A stretch of 64,000 nt of DNA from a virus: positions 19,052 through 83,051 of the IMG/VR virus record IMGVR_UViG_3300050150_000084; one strand, written 5' to 3'. Below, piece by piece: positions 8,929 to 18,369 of this stretch (position 1 is the stretch's first letter; every line of letters begins with the position of its first letter). Position numbers and translations under genes: made by a program. The notes below the pieces were generated by a model. That model was not told the origin of the DNA, made no database searches, and worked only from the letters and a program-made list of their open reading frames with translations.

Positions 8929-11235
8929 ATGGCTGATCAAGCAACTCAACAACTCAACTCTATCATTCAGCAGTTTGCACAATCACTGCAAGGGTTAGTT
9001 AACGCCCAATCACGAACGCAAGCCGCAACGCTAGCTTCTATGAAAGCACATGCTGACATGCAAGATCATGTCAACCATGAGTTAGCTCTGTTCAATGATG
9101 CCTTGGCTAAGAACGAAACTCTGACGAAGCGTGAACAACACGCTCTAGATGAGCTGTTGAAGGCAAAAAAGCGTGAAATTGAGCTTAGCATTCAACACAA
9201 CAATTATCGAGACAAACTCAACAAGCTAACCGCACAAGGTACTGCAAGCGAACGCGACCTGGAAGAGTTGCGTATCTTGATACGCAACTCTAGCAACAAA
9301 CTTGCTGATGCTACGTTGCGCTCGACCAAAGCACAAAAGGATTTTACTGACGCTACTGCTGCGGCAAACACGTCATTGGTTAACCTCGCACGTAGCGGCA
9401 CACTAACATCTGCTGCATTGGTTTGGTTTGGTAAGACTGTTGCAGCTAACGCACGTCAACAATTGGCTCAGGTGAAAGCATCTGACGGTGTCATTGAGGC
9501 ATCTGGCAACATCGAGAAGGCTCTGCTGGACCAACAAACATTGGCCCTGAAGTACGGGGTATCAGCTGACGCTTTCATCAATGCTACCAAACAAGGCCGC
9601 CAAATGTTCAACGCTATGGGTGGCACTACCCAGGGCATGGCAACACTCGACTCTACGGTTAAACGCCTTGTAGTATCCACTGGGGGAGACTTTCAGAAGG
9701 CGTTGGAATTGGCAACCCAGGGTGCAAAATCCCTAGCTACCGCTGGTGTAAAGCCAACGCGAGCAGCCCTAGAGCGCTATACCGACGACGTCAATCGCCT
9801 GATTGCTCAAACAGGCATGTCGCGCGAATCAGCAATGTCATTGTACGACTCCATGTCGCAAGATGTTGACATGATTGACATTCTACGTTCCGCCCGCGGA
9901 AGTGAGCGAGAAGCAATCCTGCAGAGTCAGCGCGCAATGATCCAGAACGCCATCGCCGCAGGCATGAGTGCAGAACAAGCACAGCGGGCCGCCAAGATGC
10001 TAAACCAAATGGTTGCTGCAAAACCCATTGACCGCATTAAACAAGCTGCAAAAATGCGGGCGATGGCAGGAGCTATGGGAATCGCAGGTGGTGATGAGGC
10101 TGCCCAAGCAGTCATTGCTGGTAAGCGTGCTACACCCGAACAAAAAGAAGCTCTGATGCGATTCAACGAGAACGCAGCCAACAAGATGGATCAAATGGGT
10201 CAAGGCAGTCTGGGTGGTGAAATTTTTGCAACCACTCTGGCTGATAAACTGAATATGGATCAGTATTTCGGCAAAGACAGTCCCTTCTCTACCTCGATTG
10301 ACACTCTGAAGGCCCCAATTGCTCAGATTGATGCCACAATGAAGGACGTATCAGAGGATCAGATTGCTCAAACCATAGCAAGCACTGCTGAGATGGTGAA
10401 ACAACTTGACCTAATTGCATCAGGACAGCACTGGCTGGGCCCAATTGCAGCTGGCGTATCCTCCATCATTATGTTGATGGGTGGTGGCAAGTTCATCGGC
10501 AAAATCGGTGAAAAAATCGCTGGTAATGTTGCGGGCCGAGTTGCCGGTACTGTAGCTGGCGAAGCGGTCGGCGCAGGAGCTGCTGGTGCGGTAGGAGCTG
10601 CTGCAACTGGCGGCAAGCTGGCACAAGCTGGCAAGTTTGCCAGGGGAGTTGCGCTCCCCGCTGCTGCAATGATGGCAACAGGCGCTGGTGTTGACTGGGC
10701 GGCAGGCAAGATGGGCGTTGGCACAGCTAGGGTTGACACTGATCAGGATGACAAGAATTGGGACCGTGCAAGTCCGTGGGAAAAGATGCAATCTTCCATC
10801 CCTCGGGGCATTGAGAAACTGGGGAGCCTGTTCTTCCTCGATAATCTTGTCAACCAAGCAAAGTCTGAACGGATTGCTAGCGAAACAAAATACCTTGACG
10901 ATAACACAAAACCTGGTGTGGTTGGTGCTCCAGTACAAGGGCCTGGCCCCAATAAGGTGGATGATCGTGTTGCGAAAACTGCTCAGACAGAGACAAGCAA
11001 AAATGTTGAAAAGGCAACACTAACAGCAGCTGATAAGCTATCAGCCCAAGTAGCCCAAATGGATGTATCCAATGATTTGTTGAAGAAGTTGGCAGATAAC
11101 GCCGACCGACAGACCGACCTGCTTGAGAAACAACTAATCGCACTAACGCTAACAGATCGGGAAAAGCAGAATACTAGCACAAAAACAGCACTCCGTGGTG
11201 GCAACAAATTTGGGGCTCAATATAACTACGTTTAA
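8929..11235 (+). CDS. Probable tape measure protein (gp29-like)
   Basis: 768 aa, Ala/Gln-rich helical with a Gly/Ala-rich hydrophobic segment; next to the chaperone pair; late box upstream. Confidence 0.65.
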   Translation: MADQATQQLNSIIQQFAQSLQGLVNAQSRTQAATLASMKAHADMQDHVNHELALFNDALAKNETLTKREQHALDELLKAKKREIELSIQHNNYRDKLNKLTAQGTASERDLEELRILIRNSSNKLADATLRSTKAQKDFTDATAAANTSLVNLARSGTLTSAALVWFGKTVAANARQQLAQVKASDGVIEASGNIEKALLDQQTLALKYGVSADAFINATKQGRQMFNAMGGTTQGMATLDSTVKRLVVSTGGDFQKALELATQGAKSLATAGVKPTRAALERYTDDVNRLIAQTGMSRESAMSLYDSMSQDVDMIDILRSARGSEREAILQSQRAMIQNAIAAGMSAEQAQRAAKMLNQMVAAKPIDRIKQAAKMRAMAGAMGIAGGDEAAQAVIAGKRATPEQKEALMRFNENAANKMDQMGQGSLGGEIFATTLADKLNMDQYFGKDSPFSTSIDTLKAPIAQIDATMKDVSEDQIAQTIASTAEMVKQLDLIASGQHWLGPIAAGVSSIIMLMGGGKFIGKIGEKIAGNVAGRVAGTVAGEAVGAGAAGAVGAAATGGKLAQAGKFARGVALPAAAMMATGAGVDWAAGKMGVGTARVDTDQDDKNWDRASPWEKMQSSIPRGIEKLGSLFFLDNLVNQAKSERIASETKYLDDNTKPGVVGAPVQGPGPNKVDDRVAKTAQTETSKNVEKATLTAADKLSAQVAQMDVSNDLLKKLADNADRQTDLLEKQLIALTLTDREKQNTSTKTALRGGNKFGAQYNYV

Positions 11236-11288
11236 CGCCAGCGTTTTCAAGCTCATAAATACACGAACCTATAACTTCAGGATCCCAG

Positions 11289-12974
11289 ATGGCAAAATTT
11301 GCTGACTTCTTCAAAGTAGTTGCCCCGAAACCGGGTGTGACGACCATGTCAGACAGCCAGAATATTGGCGACCAGGGTGCATACGCCAATTATACTTGGT
11401 ATCAGCGCTTGGTACAAGGTTCGGCGTCTCGCTTGACACGTTACCGCGAATATGACCTAATGGACAACGATATTGAAATCGCTCGTTCGTTGGACACTAT
11501 TGCGGAAGAGATGGTTGGAACAGACGAAGGTACCGACCTACCGTTTGAACTAATCATTAAGAGTGAAAAAGATGCAAACCTCGACAGTAGTGTTGTGATG
11601 ACGCTCCGTGCCGCTCTGCGGTACTGGACTGATCTACACGACTGGCAAACTCGCCTATTCAAGGTTGCACGCGTAACAATCAAATACGGTGACTGTTTCT
11701 TCATCCGCCACCGCGACACATCAAAATGGGAATACGTTCACCCAAAGAGTGTTATCGCTGCAGTTGTTGATGAAAATGACGTGACCCGTGTTGTTGGTTG
11801 GCAGATTAAGCGCGACACAAAGGTCCCGCGCTCTCCGTACAACCAGCAATCTCCTCACGCAACCCAAGCTAGCAGCAACAATGAGATCATGGACGTTTTT
11901 GCAGCTGAAAACGTGGTCTGGTTCTCGTTAAATGACGACCTCGGTGAGCAAGCACCGTTCGGTGAGTCTGTTCTACGCGCAATTTACCGCGCTCAGAAGC
12001 AGAAGGAGTTGCTGGAAGACGCCATCATCATCTACCGCATTCAACGCGCACCTGAACGTCGTGTGTTTTACATTGACGTGGGCAAGATGCCGCCGCAACG
12101 CGTCAAAATGCACTTGGAGCAGATCAAGAACGAAATTCGTCAGCGCAAGATCCCAACTTACGGTGGTGGTGTTGAGCAAGTAGACTCCGTCTATAACCCT
12201 CAGCAAATGAGTGAAGACTTCTTCCTTGCGCAGCGCCCCGACGGTAAAGGTTCTCGCATTGAAACCCTTCCAGGTGGGCAAGGTCTTGGTGAACTGGCTG
12301 ACTTGGAATACTTCCAATGGAAGGTATTCCGTGGTCTACGCATCCCCCTATCCTACATGAAAGAGGGGCAGGACGGCTCTGTGATCTCAGACGGTAAGAC
12401 TGGTGTTGCATACATTCAAGAACTGCGATTCGCCCAATACATTGAGCGTTTGCAAGGTTACATCTCACACGTCATCGATAAGGAATTCAAACGCTACCTC
12501 AGGGCTGCTGGAATTCACATCGATACAGCAATCTTCAGCCTTCGCCTTAACAAGCCTGAGAACTACGGTAAGTACCGTAAGCAGCAGCTGGATAACGATC
12601 TACTGACAACCTACAACAGTGCTGCATCAATCGAACACTTGTCAAAGCGTTTTGCGATGTCTAACTACCTGCAGATGAGCGATGAACAGATTCTTCTGAA
12701 CTTCCGTCTGCGGTGTGAAGAATTGGGCATCAACCCTGACAGTGGCGATCGTCTAGCAAATATGCGAGCAGTCTACGGACCCCCACCTGAAGAAGCCGGA
12801 CTTGGCGCGGGTGGTGGAATGCTAGCCGGATCACTTGGTGGTGGTTTCGGCGGCCCGCCAGGAGACTTGATGGGTGGAGGGGACGCTATGGCTGTGGGTG
12901 GTGACATGAATTCACAAATGGGCAGCGCGCCAATTCCCCCCGAAAATGGCGGAGTTACGCCGCCGCCACAGTGA
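11289..12974 (+). CDS. gp20: Portal protein
   Basis: QKELLEDAIIIYRIQRAPERRVFYIDVGKMP, EDFFL, IETLPGG: T4 gp20 family motifs; late box at 11255-11261. Confidence 0.96.
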   Translation: MAKFADFFKVVAPKPGVTTMSDSQNIGDQGAYANYTWYQRLVQGSASRLTRYREYDLMDNDIEIARSLDTIAEEMVGTDEGTDLPFELIIKSEKDANLDSSVVMTLRAALRYWTDLHDWQTRLFKVARVTIKYGDCFFIRHRDTSKWEYVHPKSVIAAVVDENDVTRVVGWQIKRDTKVPRSPYNQQSPHATQASSNNEIMDVFAAENVVWFSLNDDLGEQAPFGESVLRAIYRAQKQKELLEDAIIIYRIQRAPERRVFYIDVGKMPPQRVKMHLEQIKNEIRQRKIPTYGGGVEQVDSVYNPQQMSEDFFLAQRPDGKGSRIETLPGGQGLGELADLEYFQWKVFRGLRIPLSYMKEGQDGSVISDGKTGVAYIQELRFAQYIERLQGYISHVIDKEFKRYLRAAGIHIDTAIFSLRLNKPENYGKYRKQQLDNDLLTTYNSAASIEHLSKRFAMSNYLQMSDEQILLNFRLRCEELGINPDSGDRLANMRAVYGPPPEEAGLGAGGGMLAGSLGGGFGGPPGDLMGGGDAMAVGGDMNSQMGSAPIPPENGGVTPPPQ

Positions 12975-13060
12975 ACCAGGGCAAGTTAAAAGCGACCCCC
13001 AATAAATAAATCAGAAGGTGTACTTATACACCGCACAACTTCCGTCACTAGGAGCAACAC

Positions 13061-13327
13061 ATGAACAAGCAAATGAAGCAACACCTCGAAGCCGTTGTTG
13101 ACGCAATCGTTGAATCGGATTCAGCAGCAGCAAAGGAAGCCTTTCACCAATATCTGCGTCTAAAGACCCAGTCGATCCTGCTCGGCGAATCCGTTGAGTC
13201 GGAGGAAACCTGCGACGAAGAAGACTGCACCGATGATGAAAAAGACGAGGACGACAAGAAGTCCAAGAAGCCTAAAAAGTCTAAGAAGGCAGATGACGAG
13301 TCTGGCGACGAAGACGACAAGATGTAA
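13061..13327 (+). CDS. Small acidic prohead core protein (gp67/gp68-like position)
   Basis: 88 aa with a D/E/K-rich tail, between portal and protease; late box at 13002-13008; SD GGAG. Confidence 0.55.
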   Translation: MNKQMKQHLEAVVDAIVESDSAAAKEAFHQYLRLKTQSILLGESVESEETCDEEDCTDDEKDEDDKKSKKPKKSKKADDESGDEDDKM

Positions 13328-13344
13328 TTTGATAGGTGGCTGCT

Positions 13345-13980
13345 ATGACAACACCTATTCTGCTCGTTGAAGAATTGGCGCCCGTAGAGGCGCGAATCAT
13401 CAGCGAATCATCAACCGACGGCAAGTCTATGTGGTTGAACGGTATTTGCATGCAAAGTTCTATCAAGAACCGCAACGGTCGCAATTACCCAATCACCGAG
13501 ATTTCCGAGGCAGTCCGAAATGCAGCACAGCGCATCAAGGAATGTAACGGCATTTTTGGTGAACTTGACCATCCCCAGACACTCACTATCAACAGTGATC
13601 GCATTTCGCATGTGATTACAGAGATGTGGATGAATGGTAACGACGCTTACGGTAAGGCTAAGCTGTTGAACACTCCAATGGGTTTGATTGCCCAAGAGCT
13701 GCTGAAGAGTGGTGTGAAGATTGGTGTGTCAAGCCGTGGCGCTGGCAACGTAAACGAGAGCGGTGATGTTCAAGGGTTCCAGTTCATCACATACGACATT
13801 GTTATCACCCCAAGTGCACCTCAGGCTTATCCTGGAATGATGTACGAATCCCTGCAATCAAAACAGGGGGCCAAGGTGATGACACTGGCTGAACAAGTTC
13901 GCCAAGACCCTGCTGCACAAAAGTACTTCAAGAAGGAAATCATGCAGTTTATCACAAACGATCTGTTCAAAAAACATTAA
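13345..13980 (+). CDS. gp21: Prohead core protease
   Basis: NRNGRNYP, GELDHP, GVSSRGAG, YDIVITPSAPQAY. Confidence 0.93.
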   Translation: MTTPILLVEELAPVEARIISESSTDGKSMWLNGICMQSSIKNRNGRNYPITEISEAVRNAAQRIKECNGIFGELDHPQTLTINSDRISHVITEMWMNGNDAYGKAKLLNTPMGLIAQELLKSGVKIGVSSRGAGNVNESGDVQGFQFITYDIVITPSAPQAYPGMMYESLQSKQGAKVMTLAEQVRQDPAAQKYFKKEIMQFITNDLFKKH

Positions 13981-14004
13981 AACCGAAAAAGTCCGGTACC
14001 AGTT

Positions 14005-14030
14005 AAAACCGCGTGAATACGCGGTTTTTT
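14005..14030 (+). terminator. Intrinsic terminator after gp21
   Basis: aaaaccgcgt-gaat-acgcggtttttt. Confidence 0.8.
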
Positions 14031-14072
14031 CGTATGTGCGCATAGAAAAGTTCAACCCCACGGGGACCGCCG

Positions 14073-14080
14073 TATAAATA
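14073..14080 (+). promoter_or_regulatory. Perfect T4 late promoter TATAAATA for the scaffold-capsid operon
   Basis: Exact consensus; followed by a 9-bp hairpin (14089-14109) and SD AAGGAG. Confidence 0.8.
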
Positions 14081-14125
14081 AAACACACGAATTTGCATAG
14101 TGCAAATTCCTAAGGAGACTCCAAC

Positions 14126-15061
14126 ATGGATGAACTGCTGAAGAAACTACTTGCTGCGGAAGTACTGACCGAGGAAACAAAGCAAGAGCTAGAAGCAGCT
14201 TTCTCGAATAAGCTAGATGAAGCTATTCAGAAGGCCCGCGACGAAGCTCAAGCGAACGTCACGGCTGAACTGAACGAGCAATGGATCACTGAGCGTGAAA
14301 TCGTTATCGAAGCCTTGGATGCCAAGGTTACCGAAGCGATGAAGGAAGAACTGAGCGAACTACACGAAGACATCAACCGTTTCCGTGACCTAGAAGCTGA
14401 ATTTGCTGAAAAGCTGGTTGAAGCTAAGGCCGACATGAAGGTTACTCTTCAAAAGGACATCGCACAACTGATTGAAAAGCTGGACCGCTTCTTGGAAGTC
14501 CGTCTGACCGCTGAACTCGATGAGCTTCGCGAAGACGTTGACACCGTTAAGAAGCAAGAGTTCGGTAAGAAGGTATTTGAAGCATTTGTGACTGAGTTCA
14601 AGAAGCACTACGCTGACGATGACTCAACACAGGCTAAACTGACTGAAGCTGAGCAGCGTCTGGAAGACACCCTGCACACTCTGGAAGAAGCTGAAAAGAA
14701 GCTGGGCAAGATGGAACGTTCCATCAAGCTGGAAAAAGTTCTCGCACCTCTCTCTGGCCGCACGAGGGAAGTGATGGAAGCTATCCTCAAGAATGTGGAC
14801 ACACCTCTTCTTGAAGAAGCGTACAAGACCTACGTAGGTCGTGTGCTGAAAGAAACGTCTGCTAAGGACGTAAAGACCTCAGAGAAGGAAGATGAAGTAC
14901 TGGCTGAAGGTAAACAAGTGAAGACAGTAAGCGGCGTTGTGAAGTCTGGCGACAACGAAGAGCAAATGATTGAGGAATCGGTCCACAGTCAAGAGCCTAA
15001 GCAACAGCCAACAATTTCTGACGCTACCCGCGCTTGGGCTCGTCGTCTCGGCGGCGTCTAA
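14126..15061 (+). CDS. gp22: Prohead core scaffolding protein
   Basis: Acidic coiled-coil 311 aa between protease and major capsid protein. Confidence 0.85.
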   Translation: MDELLKKLLAAEVLTEETKQELEAAFSNKLDEAIQKARDEAQANVTAELNEQWITEREIVIEALDAKVTEAMKEELSELHEDINRFRDLEAEFAEKLVEAKADMKVTLQKDIAQLIEKLDRFLEVRLTAELDELREDVDTVKKQEFGKKVFEAFVTEFKKHYADDDSTQAKLTEAEQRLEDTLHTLEEAEKKLGKMERSIKLEKVLAPLSGRTREVMEAILKNVDTPLLEEAYKTYVGRVLKETSAKDVKTSEKEDEVLAEGKQVKTVSGVVKSGDNEEQMIEESVHSQEPKQQPTISDATRAWARRLGGV

Positions 15062-15110
15062 TCGCTAACCAAAGCTAAGTAACTCTTAAACAACTCACAA
15101 AGGAAAAGTC

Positions 15111-16535
15111 ATGAATGAACTTTTTGAAAACTGGTCGGAAGTGAAGGAAACTCTCCTTGAAGGTCTCGATACTTCTAAGAAGCAAATCGTTGGCACACTT
15201 CTGGAAAACCAAAAGCAACACATCCTGGCTGAAACTGCAGCTCAAGGCTCTGTGGCAGCAAACGACATCGCAGGTTTCCGCAAGATCCTGATCCCGATGA
15301 TTCGTCGTATCATCCCTGGCACCATCGCTACGGAACTGGTTGGCGTTCAGCCAATGCAAGGTCCCGTCGGTCTGGTGTACTCGATGCGTTACAAGTACGG
15401 TGAAGCCGTCGCCGTTCCTGCAGCAGGTGCTGACGGTAACCCATGGACCGCTAACGGTTCAGACGGTACCATCGCTGCTGACGCTGAAATGTTCGGTAAC
15501 AACCCAGTTCTGCGTCAGTTCTATTCTGGTGCTGCTGGTACCGTTGTTGGTACGCCTCTGGCACAAACCGCTGGTGCATCCGGCATGACAAACCCTGAAG
15601 GTGAACCAGTTGAAATCGCTGGTGCAGCTTCACGTGGCGGCTGGCCTTCAAGCCTGCCTTCGCACAACACTTCTAAGTTCGGTCCTTACTCGAACGGTCT
15701 GGGTCAGCAAGTTTCTGGCTCGCTGTACGGTGGTTCGGGTTCGTTCATCGAAGGTTCTGGTGGCCGTAAGGTTAAGCTGGAAGTTGTGTCGCAAGCTGTT
15801 GAATCCACGACTCGTAAGCTGCAAGCCGGCTGGACGATCGAAGCTATGCAAGACCTGAAGTCGCAGCACGGCATGGATCTGGAAAGCGAACTGACGCAAG
15901 TCATCTCCGCTGAAATCGTTCAGGAAATCGACAGCGAAATTCTGTCGGACCTGACAGCTCTGGCTGGTACAGTTGCTGCATACGACTACTCGACCGTTGG
16001 TGTGACCGGCTATCAGCCTGCATACCTGGGTGACCGTTTCGCAAACCTCGGCGTTGTGATCAACGCAGTTGCTAACGAAATCGCTCGTAAGACCCGTCGT
16101 GGTGCTGGTAACTTCATTGTGGTTAGCCCAATGGTTGTTTCGATCCTGCAATCTGCTGCTAAGTCGGTGTTCGCACCTGCTGTTGCTGGCTCGTTCAAGG
16201 GTCCTAACAACTCAATGCTGGTCGGTACGCTGAACGGCACAATCAAAGTCTACAGCTACCTGTGGAACCAAGTGCAAGGCCTGGGAGCAGCAGCTGCTGA
16301 CACCATCCTTGTTGGTTACAAGGGCGGCAATGGTGAAACCGACACTGGCTACTTCTACTGCCCATACATCCCTCTGATGTCAAGCGGTGTTGTGATCAAC
16401 CCGGTCACCTTCCAACCAGTTGTCTCGATGATGACTCGCTACGGCAAGACAGCGTTCACCGCTTCTCAGTCGTCGCTTGGCAACAGCGCGGACTACTACG
16501 GCAAGATCAACGTAAGCAACTTCCAGTTCGCTTAA
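15111..16535 (+). CDS. gp23: Major capsid protein
   Basis: IPMIRRIIP..ELVGVQPMQGPVG, RKLQAGWTIEAMQDL, FYCPYIPL, MTRYG; predicted maturation site ILAE41/T. Confidence 0.97.
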   Translation: MNELFENWSEVKETLLEGLDTSKKQIVGTLLENQKQHILAETAAQGSVAANDIAGFRKILIPMIRRIIPGTIATELVGVQPMQGPVGLVYSMRYKYGEAVAVPAAGADGNPWTANGSDGTIAADAEMFGNNPVLRQFYSGAAGTVVGTPLAQTAGASGMTNPEGEPVEIAGAASRGGWPSSLPSHNTSKFGPYSNGLGQQVSGSLYGGSGSFIEGSGGRKVKLEVVSQAVESTTRKLQAGWTIEAMQDLKSQHGMDLESELTQVISAEIVQEIDSEILSDLTALAGTVAAYDYSTVGVTGYQPAYLGDRFANLGVVINAVANEIARKTRRGAGNFIVVSPMVVSILQSAAKSVFAPAVAGSFKGPNNSMLVGTLNGTIKVYSYLWNQVQGLGAAAADTILVGYKGGNGETDTGYFYCPYIPLMSSGVVINPVTFQPVVSMMTRYGKTAFTASQSSLGNSADYYGKINVSNFQFA

Positions 16536-16550
16536 TCACATCAAGCACTC

Positions 16551-16577
16551 AAAAAGCCCGCTTCGGCGGGCTTTTTT
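16551..16577 (+). terminator. Intrinsic terminator after the major capsid gene
   Basis: aaaaagcccgc-TTCG-gcgggctttttt. Confidence 0.9.
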
Positions 16578-16636
16578 ATTGCCGGTTACACACCCCACAT
16601 AAATATCCCTCATCATTTACCTAAGTTTGTGAGTAT

Positions 16637-16990
16637 ATGGGCGTACTAACATTTAAGCAATACCTCGCTAGCAAGGAACAACTGCTGAAAGCTATCGAGA
16701 ACACTCCTGTGGCAATCGTAGAATACAGTGTCAAGAAATACTGCTCCCTCACAATCGGTGAGACGGAAGAAGAGAAACAATTAGTTGGTCTCAAGCCCAA
16801 GAACAAGATAATTGTTGAATGGCAGTATGATAATGTTGACGATCCCACACCAAAATCAATCACATTTGACGGGGTTAAAGGGATTGACGAAGGTGAAGTG
16901 TGTTCTACGTTCTGGTCAGGCAGTAAGCTAACAAAATGGCTGGCAAGACACGCAGGACCTGGAGAAAATCATGGACACAAAACTTGCTGA
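16637..16990 (+). CDS. Hypothetical late protein, possible internal head protein
   Basis: 117 aa; late box at 16599-16605; N-terminus LTFKQYL resembles T4 capsid-targeting leaders. Confidence 0.6.
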   Translation: MGVLTFKQYLASKEQLLKAIENTPVAIVEYSVKKYCSLTIGETEEEKQLVGLKPKNKIIVEWQYDNVDDPTPKSITFDGVKGIDEGEVCSTFWSGSKLTKWLARHAGPGENHGHKTC

Positions 16991-17525
16991 CGTTGTAAAA
17001 CAACGTCGTGACGCACCAAAGCTCAAGCTAATCCCAGCAACAGCGCTGGCAATCAAGCGCGAAGCTGAAGAACAAGAAGCAATACAAGCAGGGCTGGCTC
17101 GTTTAGCAGAAGATGCCCACCAGCTATCGGAAGCTGCGACGCACGTTCTCGCAAACATTGCGACTACAGCCGAAAAAGGCGAACCAATTAAATTGATGCA
17201 TTTGAACTCTGTAGCGTCTTTTCTTGCTGGAATCCACGCTCTGTCGTTCCAACTGCCCAACTCAAACGACCCAATCAAAAAATCCAACACTCTCAACGTG
17301 CTACTAAAAGCTAGTGTAGCACCAGACGGACTTGTCACGGACGCTGTGCGCATCATTGCTCAACACGGCTCTCGGTATCCAAACATTCAACAAATGTACG
17401 CGGATATGATCCAAAAGTACACCAAGTCAGTTGACATGCGATCTCCTCAAGGTGAACAACTCGCAAAACGAGCTCGAACACTACAACAAAAGGTGGATTC
17501 CGCGATGAGACAATCACGAATGTAA
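16971..17525 (+). CDS. Hypothetical helical protein
   Basis: 184 aa ORF overlapping the previous gene; SD GGAG. Confidence 0.6.
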   Translation: MDTKLADVVKQRRDAPKLKLIPATALAIKREAEEQEAIQAGLARLAEDAHQLSEAATHVLANIATTAEKGEPIKLMHLNSVASFLAGIHALSFQLPNSNDPIKKSNTLNVLLKASVAPDGLVTDAVRIIAQHGSRYPNIQQMYADMIQKYTKSVDMRSPQGEQLAKRARTLQQKVDSAMRQSRM

Positions 17526-17543
17526 CCCAAATACCCGAATATC

Positions 17544-17573
17544 AAAAGGAGGCTGTTGCCTCCTTTTCCTTTT
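17544..17573 (+). terminator. Intrinsic terminator
   Basis: aaaaggaggc-tgtt-gcctccttttcctttt. Confidence 0.75.
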
Positions 17574-17670
17574 GACGAATACAATTCGCTCATTCTATTT
17601 TTGAAGTGTGTGACGATTCATGCGGATGAGCGACTCACTAACTTCTAGCGACTTGGTTTTAGGAGACCAC

Positions 17671-18288
17671 ATGGCAGTACTTTCGTTGATGTTTACCGAA
17701 CAAGAACTCGCTCCGATTCGGAGTGGCATCAGTACCTATATTCGACTACTGGGAATGTTCTATTCTCCTGACCCGCTTCAGCTAAGGTGGATCACCGATG
17801 AGGGTGATTTGAAGGCAGCTCTGCGTAGTGTAGCGGATGCCTTCAAATCAACATCAGAGATGGTTGGTAAGCAGAAATACCAAGACACTCCATACAATGC
17901 CCCGAAAGAAGTCCTGAAACTGATGGCCACATATCTGCTGTCAGGACTTGACGACCGTGACCAAGCTCTCCAGCGGCGTCGCAATCTTCCAATGTACCAT
18001 CTGGTAATTGAGCCAGTGACTCAATTGTTTTACAAGTTTGATCACCGCATGATGATTGACATCGCCGACGCTATGGTGACGGAACTGTGCGAAATGGTGG
18101 ATCAGTGTACTGATTATGGGACACTGGAACAAGCCCTGGAAGCACACCAGCGCGTGCGTGGTTTGATCGCTGCAAAAGACCAAGCCATCCTCAATGAACG
18201 ATCGTCCAAGCGCAAGCGTCGCAAACCACACGAGCTGCTGCTCGCAATCTTGGCTGAAGAGCCTATCGACGAAAACGAATACACGTAA
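17671..18288 (+). CDS. Hypothetical protein in a terminator-bounded cassette
   Basis: SD AGGAG before ATG 17671; flanked by terminators on both sides. Confidence 0.6.
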   Translation: MAVLSLMFTEQELAPIRSGISTYIRLLGMFYSPDPLQLRWITDEGDLKAALRSVADAFKSTSEMVGKQKYQDTPYNAPKEVLKLMATYLLSGLDDRDQALQRRRNLPMYHLVIEPVTQLFYKFDHRMMIDIADAMVTELCEMVDQCTDYGTLEQALEAHQRVRGLIAAKDQAILNERSSKRKRRKPHELLLAILAEEPIDENEYT

Positions 18289-18295
18289 TACGCTC

Positions 18296-18326
18296 AAGAA
18301 AGCCGGCATATGCCGGCTTTCTTTTT
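18296..18326 (+). terminator. Intrinsic terminator
   Basis: aagaaagccggca-ta-tgccggctttcttttt. Confidence 0.8.
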
Positions 18327-18369
18327 ATTCTCAGCCCATAAATAACGCTCATAACGAGGAAATCTCAGT

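Noticed and set aside
12780-12974. Gly/Pro-rich portal C-terminus
   Set aside because: Low-complexity tails are common on T4-type portals.
15400-15760. Gly/Ala-rich insertion in the major capsid protein
   Set aside because: Variable insertions at this position are usual among gp23 homologs, and nothing specific can be claimed.
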